Assembly: GCA_030390025.1 (NCBI GenBank)
Contig: JASTWF010000033.1
Span: 1,924,001 to 1,988,000 of the forward strand
Length of the DNA stretch: 64,000 nucleotides
Direction of reading: 5' to 3'
Origin: Squalus acanthias
Lineage: Eukaryota
Positions 1 to 12,600 of the stretch are shown here, one piece after another. The stretch's first letter is position 1. Each line of letters begins with the position of its first letter. The notes under the pieces are model-generated. The model did no database searches. It saw only the letters and a program-made list of their open reading frames with translations, and was not told where the DNA came from. A program made the position numbers and the translations under genes.

Positions 1-3000
1 CTGTAAATGGAGCTGTCTGGGTCTGTAAATGGAGCTGTCTGGGTCTGTGAATGAGCAGTCTTTGTCTGTGAATGGAGCTGTCTGTGTCTGTGAATGGAGC
101 TGTCTGGGTCTGTGAATGAGCTGTCTTGGTCTGTGAATGGAGCTGTCTTAGTCTGTGAATGGAGTTGTCTGGGTCTGTGAATGGAGCTGTCTGGGGCTGT
201 GAATGGAGCTGTCTGAGTCTCTGAATGGAGCTGTCTGGGTCTGTGAATGGAGCTGTCTGAGTCTCTAATGGAGCTGTCTGGGTCTGTGAAATGAGCTTTC
301 TGGATCTGTGAATGGAGCTGTCTGGGTTGTGAATGGAGTTGTTTGGGTATGTGAATGGAGCTGTCTGGGTCTGTGAATGGAGCTGTCTGAATCTGTGAAT
401 GGAGTTGTCTGGGTCGGTGAATCGAGCTGTCTGAGTCTCTGAACGGAGCTGTCTGGTTTGTGATTGGAGCTGTCTGAGTCTCTAAATGGAGCTGTCTGGG
501 TCTGTGAAATGAGCTTTCTGGATCTTTGAATGGAGCGGCCTGGGTTTGTGAATGGAGTTGTCTGGGTATGTGAATGGAGCTGTCTGGGTCTGTGAATGGA
601 GCTTCTGAGTCTGTGAATGGAGTTTTCTGGGTCAGTGAATCGAGCTGTCTTGGTCTGTGAATGGAGCTGTCTGAGTCTGTGAATGGAGCTGTCTGGTCTG
701 TGAATGGAGCTGTCTGGGTCTGTGAATGGAGCTGTCTGGGTCTGTGAATGGAGCTGTCTGGGTCTGTGAATGGAGCTGTCTGGGTCTGTGAATGGTGCTG
801 TTTGTGTCTGTGAATGGAGCTATCTGTGTCTGTGAATGAGCTGTCTGGATCTGTGAATGGAGCTGTCTGAGTCTGAGAATGGTGCTGTTTGGGTTTGTGA
901 ATGGAACTGTCTGTGTCTGTGAATGGGCTGTTTTGTTCTGTGAAATGTGCTGTCTGGGTCTGAAAATGGAGTTGTCTGGTCTGTGAATGGAGCTGTCTGG
1001 GTCTGTGAATGGAGCTGTCTGAGTCTGTGAATGGAGTTGTCTGGGTCGGTGAATCGAGCTGTCTGGGTCTGTGAATGGAGCTGTCTGAGTCTGTGAATGG
1101 AGCTGTCTGAGTCTGTGAATGGAGCTGTCTGGTTCTGTGAATGGAGCTGTCTGGTCTGTGAATGGAGCTGTCTGGGTCTGTGAATGGAGCTGTCTGAGTC
1201 TGTGAATGGAGCTGTCTGGGTCTGTGAATGAGCTGTCTGGTCTGTGAATGAGCTGTCTGGGTCTGTGAATGGAGCTGTCTGGGTCTGTGAATGGAGCTGT
1301 CTGGGTCTGTGAATGGAGCTGTCTGAGTCTGTGAATGGAGCTGTCTGGGTCTGTGAATGAGCTGTCTGGGTCTGTGAATGGAGCTGTCTGGGTCTGTGAA
1401 TGGAGCTGTCTGGGTCTGTGAATGGAGCTGTCTGGGTCTGTGAATGGAGCTGTCTGAGTCTGTGAATGGAGCTGTCTGGGTCTGTGAATGGAGCTGTCTG
1501 TGTCTGTGAATGAGCTGTCTGGATCTGTGAATGGAGCTGTCTGAGTCTGAGAATGGTGCTGTTTGGGTCTGTGAATGGAACTGTCTGTGTCTGTGAATGA
1601 GCTGTCTGGGTCTGTGAAATGTGCTGTCTGGGTCTGAAAATGGAGTTGTCTGGGTCTGTGAATGGAGCTGTCTGGGTCTGTGAATGGAGCTGTCTGAGTC
1701 TGTGAATGGAGCTGTCTGGGTCTGTGAATGGAGCTGTCTGGGTCTGTGAATGGAGCTGTCTGGGTCTGTGAATGGAGCTGTCTGGGTCTGTGAATGGAGC
1801 TGTCTGGGTCTGTGAATGGAGCTGTCTGGGTCTGTGAATGGAGCTGTCTGGGTCTGTGAATGGAGCTGTCTGAGTCTGTGAATGGTGCTGTTTGGGACTT
1901 TGAATGGAGCTATCTGTGTCTGTGAATGAGCTGTCTGGATCTGTGAATGGAGCTGTCTGAGTCTGAGAATGGTGCTGTTTGGGTCTGTGAATGGAGCTAT
2001 CTGTATCGGTGATTGAGCTGTCTGGGTCTGTGAATGGTGCTGTCTGGGTCTGTAAATGGAGCTGCCTGGGTCTGTGAATGTGTTGTCTTTGTTTGTGAAT
2101 GGAGCTGTCTGTGTCTGTGAATGGAGCTGTCTGGGTCTGTGAATGGAGTTGTCTGGGTCTGTGAATGGAGCTGTCTGAGTCTGTGAATGGAGTTGTCTGG
2201 GTCTGTGAATGGAGCTGTCTGAGTCTTTAATTGGAGCTGTCTGAGTCTGTGAATGGAGCTGTCTGTGTCTGTGAATGGAGCTGTTTGTGTCTGTGAATGG
2301 AGCTGTCTGGGTCTGTGAATGGAGCTGTCTGTGTCTGTGAATGGAGCTGTCTGTGTCTGTGAATGGAGCTGTCTGGGTCTGTAATTGGAGCTGTCTGGGT
2401 TTGTGAAAGGATTTGTTTGGGTATGTGAATGGAGCTGTCTGGGTCTGTGAATGGAGCTGTCTGAATCTGTGAATGGAGTTGTCTGGGTCGGTGAATCGAG
2501 CTGTCTGAGTCTCTGAATGGAGCTGTCTGGGTCTGTGATTGGAGCTGTCTGAGTCTCTAAATGGAGCTGTCTGGGTCTGTGAAATGAGCTTTCTGGATCT
2601 TTGAATGGAGCGGCCTGGGTTTGTGAATGGAGTTGTCTGGGTATGTGAATGGAGCTGTCTGGGTCTGTGAATGGAGCTGTCTGAGTCTGTGAATGGAGTT
2701 TTCTGGGTCGGTGAATCGAGCTGTCTGGGTCTGTGAATGGAGCTGTCTGAGTCTGTGAATGGAGCTGTCTGGTTCTGTGAATGGAGCTGTCTGGGTCTGT
2801 GAATGGAGCTGTCTGGGTCTGTGAATGGAGCTGTCTGGGTCTGTGAATGGAGCTGTCTGAGTCTGTGAATGGTGCTGTTTGGGTCTGTGAATGGAGCTAT
2901 CTGTGTCTGTGAATGAGCTGTCTGGATCTGTGAATGGAGCTGTCTGAGTCTGAGAATGGTGCTGTTTGGGTTTGTGAATGGAACTGTCTGTGTCTGTGAA

Positions 3001-6000
3001 TGGGCTGTTTTGTTCTGTGAAATGTGCTGTCTGGGTCTGAAAATGGAGTTGTCTGGGTCTGTGAATGGAGCTGTCTGGGTCTGTGAATGGAGCTGTCTGA
3101 GTCTGTGAATGGAGTTGTCTGGGTCGGTGAATCGAGCTGTCTGGGTCTGTGAATGGAGCTGTCTGAGTCTGTGAATGGAGCTGTCTGAGTCTGTGAATGG
3201 AGTTGTCTGGGTCGGTGAATCGAGCTGTCTGAGTCTCTGAATGGAGCTGTCTGGGTCTGTGAATGGAGCTGTCTGAGTCTCTAATGGAGCTGTCTGGGTC
3301 TGTGAAATGAGCTTTCTGGATCTTTGAATGGAGCTGTCTGGGTTTGTGAATGGAGTTGTCTGGGTATGTGAATGGAGCTGTCTGGGTCTGTGAATGGAGC
3401 TGTCTGAGTCTGTGAATGGAGCTGTCTGGGTCTGTGAATGAGCTGTCTGGGTCTGTGAATGGAGCTGTCTGGGTCTGTGAATGGAGCTGTCTGGGTCTGT
3501 GAATGGAGCTGTCTGGGTCTGTGAATGGAGCTGTCTGGTCTGTGAATGGAGCTGTCTGGGTCTGTGAATGGAGCTGTCTGGGTCTGTGAATGGAGCTGTC
3601 TGGATCTGTGAATGGAGCTGTCTGAGTCTGAGAATGGTGCTGTTTGGGTCTGTGAATGGAACTGTCTGTGTCTGTGAATAGGCTGTTTTGTTCTGTGAAA
3701 TGTGCTGTCTGGGTCTGAAAATGGAGTTGTCTGGGTCTGTGAATGGAGCTGTCTGGGTCTGTGAATGGAGCTGTCTGAGTCTGTGAATGGAGTTGTCTGG
3801 GTCGGTGAATCGAGCTGTCTGTGTCTGTGAATGGAGCTGTCTGCGTCTGTGAATGGAGCTGTTTGGGTCTGTGAATGGAGCTGTCTGGTTCTGTGAATGG
3901 AGCAGTCTGGGTCTGTAAATGGAGCTGTCTGGGTCTGTGAATGGAGCTGTCTGAGTCTGTGAATGGTGCTGTTTGGGTCTGTGAATGGTGCTATCTATGT
4001 CTGTGAATGGAGCTATCTGTATCGGTGATTGAGCTGTCTGGGTCTGTGAATGGTGCTGTCTGGGTCTGTAAATGGAGATGTCTAGGTCTGTGAATGAGCT
4101 GTCTTTGTTTGTGAATGGAGCTGTCTGTGTCTGTGAATGAAGCTGTCTGGGTCTGTGAATGAGCTGTCTTGGTCTGTGAATGGAGCTGTCTGTGTCTGTG
4201 AATGGAGCTGTTTGGGTCTGTGAATGGATCTGTCTGGGTCTGTGAATGGAGCTGTCGTGTCTGTGAATGGTGCTGTCTGGGTCTGTGAATGGAGCTGTCT
4301 TGGTCTGTTAATGGAGCTGTCTGTGTCTGTGAATGGAGCTGTCTGGGTCTGTGAATGGAGCTGTCTGGGTCTGTGAATGGAGCTGTCTGTGTCTGTGAAT
4401 GGAGCTGTCTGGGTCTGTGAATGGAGCTATCTGTGTCTGTGAATGAGCTGTCTGGATCTGTGAATGGAGCTGTCTGAGTCTGAGAATGGTGCTGTCTGGG
4501 TCTGTGAATGGAGCTGTCTGTGTCTGTGAATGGAGCTGTCTTGGTCTGTGAAATGGTGCTGTCTGGGTCTGAAATGAGCTGTCTGGGCTGTGAATGGAGC
4601 TGTCTGGGTCTGTGAATGGAGCTGTCTGTGTCTGTGAATGGAGCTGTTTGGGTCTGTGAATGAGCTGTCTTGGTCTGTGAATGGAGCTGTCTGTGTCTGT
4701 GAATGGAGCTGTTTGGGTCTGTGAATGGAGCTGTCTGGGTCTGTGAATGGAGCTGTCTGTGTCTGTGAATGAGGCTGTCTGGGTCTGTGAATGGAGCTGT
4801 CTTGGTCTGTTAATGGAGCTGTCTGGGTCTGTGAAATGAGCTGTCTGAGTCTGTAAATGGAGCTGTCTAGATCTGTGAATGGAACTGTCTGTGTCTGTGA
4901 ATGAGCTGTCTGGGTCTGTGAATAGAGCTGTCTGACGTTGTTAATGGAGCTTTCTGGGTCTTTGAAGTCAGCCGTCTGGATCTTTGAATGGAGCTGTCTG
5001 AGTGTCTGAAATGAGCTTTCTGAGTCTCTGAATGGAGATGTCTGGGTCTGTCAAATGAATTGTCTGAATCTGTTCGTGAAATGAGCTGTCTGTTTTTTTC
5101 AAATCAGCTTTCCATGTCTGTCAATGGAGCTGTCTGGGTTTGTGAATTGAGTTGTCTGGGTCTGTGAATGGAGCTGTCTGAGCATGTGAATGGATCTGTC
5201 TGGGTCTGTGAATAGAGCTGTCTGGATCTGTGAAATGAACTTTCGGACTCTGTGAATGGAGCTGTCTGAGCATGTGAATGGATCTGTCTGGGTCTGTGAA
5301 TGGTTTTATCTAGGTCTCTGAAATTAACTTTCTGAGTCTGTGAATGGAGCTGTCTGAATCTGTGAATGAATCTAACAACAGAAAACGCTGGAAAACTCTG
5401 CAGGCCAGGCACAATCCGTGGAGAGAGAAACAGAGTTAACGTTTCAGGTCGAAAAACTCTCGTGAATGGAGCTGTTTGGGTCTGTGAATGGAGCTGTCTG
5501 TGTCTGTGAATGGAGCTGTTTGTGTCTGTGAATGGAGCTGTCTGGGTCTGTAAATGGAGCTGTCTGTGTCTGTGAATGGGGCTGTGTGGGTCTGTGAATG
5601 GAGCTGTTTAAGTCTGTAAATGGAGCTGTCTGGGTCTGTGAAATGAGCTGTCTGAGTCTGTAAATGGAGCTGCCTAGATCTGTGAATGGAACTGTCTGTG
5701 TCTGTGAATGAACTGTCTGGGTCTGTGAAATGTGCTGTCTGGGTCTGAAAATTGAGTTGTCTGTGTCTGTGAATAGAGCTGTCTGACGTTGTTAATGGAG
5801 CTTTCTGGGTCTTTGAAGTCAGCCGACTGGATCTTTGAATGGAGCTGTCTGAGTGTCTGAAATGAGCTTTGTGAGTCTCTGAATGGAGATGTCTGGGTCT
5901 GTCAAATGAATTGTCTGAATCTGTTCGTGAAATGAGCTGTCTGTTTTTTTTCAAATCAGCTTTCCATGTCTGTCAATGGAGCTGTCTGAGTTTGTGAATT

Positions 6001-9000
6001 GAGTTGTCTGGGTCTCTGAATGGAGCTGTCTGAGCATGTGAATGGATCTGTCTGGGTCTGTGAATGGTTTTATCTAGGTCTCTGAAATTAACTTTCTGAG
6101 TCTGTGAATGGAGCTGTCTGATTCTGTGAATGAATCTAACAACAGAAAACGCTGGAAAACTCTACAGGCCAGGCACAATCCGTGGAGAGAGAAACAAAGT
6201 TAACGTTTCAGGTCGAAGAACTCTCGTCAATGGAGCTGTCTGGGTCTGTGAATGGAGCTGTCTTGGTCGATGAAATGAGCTGTCTGTGTCTTTGAATGGA
6301 GCTGTCTGGATCTGTGAAATTAGCTGTCTGGGTCTGTGAAATCAGCTGCCTGGGTCCGTGAATGAAGCTGACTGAGTCTGTAAATGGAGCAGTCTGGGTC
6401 TGTGAATGGAGCTGTCTGAGTCTGTGAATGGTGCCGTTTGGGTCTGTGAATGGAGCTATCTGTGTCTGTGAATGAGCAGTCTTTGTCTGTGAATGGAGCT
6501 GTCTGTGTCTGTGAATGGAGTTGTCTGGGTCTGTGAATGGAGCTGTCTGGGTCTGTGAATGGAGCTGTCTGAGTCTCTGAATGGAGCTGTCTGGGTCTGT
6601 GATTGGAGCTGTCTGAGACTCTAAATGGAGCTGTCTGGGTCTGTGAAATGAGCTTTCTGGATTTTTGAATGGAGCTGCCTGGGTTTGTGAATGGAGTTGT
6701 CTGGGTATGTGAATGGAGCTGTCTGGGTCTGTGAATGGAGCTGTCTTAGTCTGTGAATCGAATTGTCTGGGTCGGTAAATCGAGCTGTCTGGGTCTGTGA
6801 ATGGAGCTGTCTGAGTCTGTGAATGGAGCTGTCTGGTTCTGTGAATGGAGCTGTCTGGGTCTGTGAATGGAGCAGTCTGGGTCTGTGAATGGAGCTGTCT
6901 GGGTCTGTGAATGGAGCTGTCTGAGTCTGTGAATGGTGCTGTTTGGGACTTTGAATGGAGCTATCTGTGTCTGTGAATGAGCTGTCTGCATCTGTGAATG
7001 GAGCTGTCTGAGTCTGAGAATTGTGCTGTTTGGGTCTGTGAATGGAGCTATCTGTATCGGTGATTGAGCTGTCTGGGTCTGTGAATGGTGCTGTCTGGAT
7101 CTGTAAATGGAGCTTCCTGGTTCTGTGAATGTGTTGTCTTTGTTTGTGAATGGAGTTGTCTGTGTCTGTGAACGGAGCCGTCTGGGTCTGTGAATGAGCT
7201 GTCTTGGTCTGTGAATGGAGCTGTCTGAGTCTGTGAATGGAGCTGTCTTGGTCTGTAAATGGAGCTGTCTGGATCTGTGAAATGAGCTGTCTGAGTCTGT
7301 AAATGGAGCTGTCTGAGTCTGTGAATGGAGCTGTCTGTGTCTGTGAATGGAGCTGTTTGTGTCTGTGAATGAGCTGTCTTGGTCTGTGAATGGAGCTGTC
7401 TGTGTCTGTGAATGGTTGCTGTTTGGGTCTGTGAATGGAGCTGTCTGGGTCTGTGAATGGAGCTGTCTGTGTCTGTGAATGAGGCTGTCTGGGTCCGTGA
7501 ATGGAGCTGTCTTGGTCTGTGAATGGAGCTGTCTGGGTCTGTGAAATGAGCTGTCTGAGTCTTTAAAGCGAGCTGTCTGGATCTGTGAATGGAACTGTCT
7601 GTGTCTGTGAATGAGCTGTCTGGGCATGTGAAATGTGCTGTCTGGGTCTGAAAATGGAGTTGTCTGGGTCTGTGAATAGAGCTGTCTGACGTTGTTTAAG
7701 GAGCTTTCTGTGTCTTTGAAGTCAGCCGTCTGGATCTTTGAATGGAGCTGTCTGAGTGTCTGAAATGAGCTTTCTGAGTCTCTGAATGGAGATGTCTGGG
7801 TCTGTCAAATGAATTGTCTGAATCTGTTCGTGAAATGAGCTGTCTGTTTTTTTCCAACCAGCTTTCCATGTCTGTAAATGGAGCTGTCTGGGTTTGTGAA
7901 TTGAGTTGTCTGGGTCTGTGAAAGCAGCTGTCTGAGCATGTGAATGGATCTGTCTGGGTCTGTGAATAGAGATGTCTGGATCTGTGAAATGAACTTTCGG
8001 ACTCTGTGAATGGAGCTGTCTGAGCATGTGAATGGATCTGTCTGGGTCTGTGAATGGTTTTATCTAGGTCTCTGAAATTAACTTTCTGAGTCTGTGAATG
8101 GAGCTGTCTGAATCTGTGAATGAATCTAACAACAGAAAACGCTGGAAAACTCTGCAGGCCAGGCACAATCCGTTGAGAGAGAAACAGAGTTAACGTTTCA
8201 GGTCGAAAAACTCTCGTGAATGGAGCTGTTTGGGTCTGTGAATGGAGCTGTCTGTGTCTGTGAATGGAGCTGTTTGTGTCTGTGAATGGAGCTGTCTGGG
8301 TCTGTAATGGAGCTGTCTGTGTCTGTGAATGGGGCTGTGTGGGTCTGTGAATGGAGCTGTTTAAGTCTGTAAATGGAGCTGTCTGGGTCTGTGAAATGAG
8401 CTGTCTGAGTCTGTAAATGGAGCTGCCTAGATCTGTGAATGGAACTGTCTGTGTCTGTGAATGAACTGTCTGGGTCTGTGAAATGTGCTGTCTGGGTCTG
8501 AAAATTGAGTTGTCTGTGTCTGTGAATAGAGCTGTCTGACGTTGTTAATGGAGCTTTCTGGGTCTTTGAAGTCAGCCGACTGGATCTTTGAATGGAGCTG
8601 TCTGAGTGTCTGAAATGAGCTTTCTGAGTCTCTGAATGGAGATGTCTGGGTCTGTCAAATGAATTGTCTGAATCTGTTCGTGAAATGAGCTGTCTGTTTT
8701 TTTTCAAATCAGCTTTCCATGTCTGTAAATGGAGCTGTCTCGGTTTGTGAATTGAGTTGTCTGGGTCTGTGAATGGAGCTGTCTGAGTCTGTGAATGGAT
8801 CTGTCTGGGTCTGTGAATGGTTTTATCTAGGTCTCTGAAATTAACTTTCTGAGTCTGTGAATGGAGCTGTCTGAATCTGTGAATGAATCTAACAACAGAA
8901 AACGCTGGAAAACTCTGCAGGCCAGGCACAATCCGTGGAGAGAGAAACAGAGTTAACGTTTCAGGTCGAAGAACTCTCGTCAATGGAGCTGTCTGGGTCT

Positions 9001-9106
9001 GTGAATGGAGCTGTCTTGGTCGATGAAATGAGCTGTCTGTGTCTTTGAATGGAGCTGTCTGGATCTGTGAAATTAGCTGTCTGGGTCTGTGAAATCAGCT
9101 GCCTGG
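1..9106 (-). repeat. 22-bp satellite array, G/T-rich strand on + (unit TCTGTGAATGGAGCTGTCTGGG), with ~2.75-kb higher-order repeat
   Basis: Hundreds of tandem 20-22-bp variants. Diagnostic inserts recur at 5371/8125 and 6135/8888 (offset ~2754). Confidence 0.97.
5371..8981 (-). mobile_element. Four ~94-bp Penelope-terminus/SINE-like fragments embedded in the satellite (5371-5463, 6135-6228, 8125-8218, 8888-8981)
   Basis: Reverse complement GACGAGAGTTCTTCGACCTGAAACGTTAACTCTGTTTCTCTCTCCACGG...TTCCAGCGTTTTCTGTT aligns to the 3' end of the Penelope element at 48340-48444. Confidence 0.8.
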
Positions 9107-9606
9107 NNNNNNNNNNNNNNNNNNNNNNNNNNNNNNNNNNNNNNNNNNNNNNNNNNNNNNNNNNNNNNNNNNNNNNNNNNNNNNNNNNNNNNNNNNNNNN
9201 NNNNNNNNNNNNNNNNNNNNNNNNNNNNNNNNNNNNNNNNNNNNNNNNNNNNNNNNNNNNNNNNNNNNNNNNNNNNNNNNNNNNNNNNNNNNNNNNNNNN
9301 NNNNNNNNNNNNNNNNNNNNNNNNNNNNNNNNNNNNNNNNNNNNNNNNNNNNNNNNNNNNNNNNNNNNNNNNNNNNNNNNNNNNNNNNNNNNNNNNNNNN
9401 NNNNNNNNNNNNNNNNNNNNNNNNNNNNNNNNNNNNNNNNNNNNNNNNNNNNNNNNNNNNNNNNNNNNNNNNNNNNNNNNNNNNNNNNNNNNNNNNNNNN
9501 NNNNNNNNNNNNNNNNNNNNNNNNNNNNNNNNNNNNNNNNNNNNNNNNNNNNNNNNNNNNNNNNNNNNNNNNNNNNNNNNNNNNNNNNNNNNNNNNNNNN
9601 NNNNNN
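9107..9606. other. Assembly gap (500 N)
   Basis: Run of exactly 500 N, typical of a fixed-size scaffolding gap. Confidence 0.99.
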
Positions 9607-12600
9607 CAGCTGATTTCACGGACCCAGACAGCTCATTTCACAGATCCAGTCAGCTCCATTCAAAGACACAGACAGCTCATTTCATCGAACAAGACAGCTC
9701 CATTCCCAGACCCAGACAGCTCCATTGACGAGAGTTCTTCGACCTGAAACGTTAACTCTGTTTCTCTCTCCACGGATTGTGCCTGAGCTGCAGAGTTTTC
9801 CAGCGTTTTCTGTTGTTAGATTCATTCACAGATTCAGACAGCTCCATTCACAGACTCAGAAAGTTAATTTCAGAGACCTAGATAAAACCATTCACAGACC
9901 CAGGCAGAACCATTCACAGACTCAGACAGATCCATTCACAGACTCCGAAAGTTCATTTCACAGATCCAGACAGCTCCATTCACAGACCCAGAGAGATCCA
10001 CTCACATGCTCAGACAGCACCATTCACAGACCCAGACAACTCATTTCACAAACCCAGACAGCTCCATTTACAGACATGGAAAGTTGTTTTGAAAAAAACA
10101 GACAGCTGATTTCACGAACAGATTCAGACAATTCATTTGACAGACCCAGACATCTCCATTCAGAGACTCAGAAAGCTCATTTCAGACACTCAGACAGCTC
10201 CATTCAAAGATTCAGACGGCTGACTTCAAAGACCCAGAAAGCTCCATTAACAACGTCAGACAGCTCTATTCACAGACCCAGACAACTCCATTTTCAGACC
10301 CAGACAGCACATTTCACAGACCCAGACAGCTCATTCACAGACACAGACAGTTCCATTGACAGATCCAGACAGCTCCATTTATAGACTCAGACAGCTCATT
10401 TCACAGACCCAGACAGCTCCATTCACAGACCAAGACAGCTCCATTCACAGACCCAGACAGCCTCATTCACAGACACAGACAGCTCCATTCACAGACCCAG
10501 ACAGCTCCATTCACAGACCCAAACAGCTCCATTCACAGACACAGACAGTTCCATTCACAGATCCAGACAGCTCCATTTACAGACTCAGACAGCTCATTTC
10601 ACAGACCCAGACAGCTCCATTCACAGACCAAGACAGCTCCATTCACAGACCCAGACAGCCTCATTCACAGACACAGACAGCTCCATTCACAGACCCAGAC
10701 AGCTCCATTCACAGACACAAACAGCTCCATTCACAGACACAGACAGCTCCATTCACAGACCAAGACAGCTCATTCACAGACCCAGACAGCTCCATTCACA
10801 GACACAGACAGCTCCATTCACAAACAAAGACAGCTCATTCACAGACCCAGACATCTCCATTTACAGACCCAGACAGCACCATTCACAGACCCAGACAGCT
10901 CAATCACCGATACAGATAGCTCCATTCACAGACCCAAACAGCACCATTCTCAGACTCAGACAGCTCTATTCACAGATCCAGACAGCTCATTCACAGACAT
11001 AGATAGCTCCATTCACAGACCCAAACAGCACCATTCACAGACTCAGACAGCTCCATTCACAGACCCAGACAGCTCCATTCACAGACCCAGACTGCTCCAT
11101 TCACAGAACCAGACAGCTCCATTCACAGACCCAAACAGCTCCATTCACAGACTCAGACAGCTCCATTCACAGACCCAGACAGCTCGATTCACCGACCCAG
11201 ACAACTCCATTCACAGACTCAGACAGCTCCATTCACAGACCCAGACAGCTCCATTCACAGACCCAGACAACTCCATTTTCAGACCCAGACAGCACATTTC
11301 ACAGAACAAAACAGCCCATTCACAGACACAGACAGTTCCATTCACAGACCCAAACAGCACCATTCTCAGACTCAGACAGCTCCATTCACAGATCCAGACA
11401 GCTCATTCACAGACACAGACAGCTCCATTCACAGACCCAAACAGCACCATTCACAGACTCAGACAGCTCCATTCACAGACCCAGACAGCTCCATTCACAG
11501 ACCCAGACAGCTCCATTCACAGAACCAGACAGCTCCATTCACAGACTCAGACAGCTCCAGTTACAGACCCAGACAGCTCGATTCACCGACCCAGACAACT
11601 CAATTCACAGACTCAGACAGCTACATTTACAGACCCAGACAGCTCGATTCACCGACCCAGACAACTCCATTCACAGACTCAGAGAGCTCCATTCACAGAC
11701 CCAGGCAGCTCCATTCACATACCCAGACAACTCCATTCACAAACCCAGGTAGCTCCATTCAAAAATCCAGAAAGCTCATTTCACAGACCCAGACAGCTCC
11801 ATTTAGAGACTCAGACAGCTCCAATCACAGACCCAGACAGCTCCATTCAGAGACTCAGACAGCTCCATTCACAGACCCAGACAGCTCCATTCAAAGAACC
11901 AGACAACTCCATTCACAGACTAAGACAGCTCCATTCACAGAACCAGACAGCTGCATTCACAGACTCAGACAGCTCCATTCACAGACACAGACAGCTCGAT
12001 TCACCGACCCAGACAACTCCATTCACAGATTCAGACAGCTCCATTCACATACTCAGAAAGTTCATTTCAGACACCGAGATAAAACCATTCACATACCCAG
12101 ACAGATCCATTCACAGCCTCAGACAGCTCCATTCACAGACTCATAAAGTTCATTTCACAGATCCAGACAGCTCCATTCACAGACCCAGACAGATCTATTC
12201 ACAGACTCAGACAGCTCCATTCACAGACACAGACAACTCCATTCACAAACCCAGACAGCTCCATTTACAGACATGGAAAGCTGATTTGAAAAAAACAGAC
12301 AGCTCATTTCACGAACAGATTCAGACAATTCATTTGACAGACCCAGACATCTCCAGTCAGAGACTCAGAAAGCTCATTTCAGACACTCAGACAGCTCCAT
12401 TCAAAGATCCAGACGACTGACTTCAAAGACTCTGAAAGCTCAGGTCACAGATCCAGACAGCTCCATTAACAACGTCAGACAGCTCTATTCACAGACCCAG
12501 ACATCTCCATTTTCAGACCCAGACAGCTTATTCACAGACACAGACAGTTCCATTCACAGATCCAGACAGCTCCATTTACAGACTCAGACAGCTCCATTCA

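Noticed and set aside
9049..9747. ORFs made of X residues
   Set aside because: Artefacts of the N gap.
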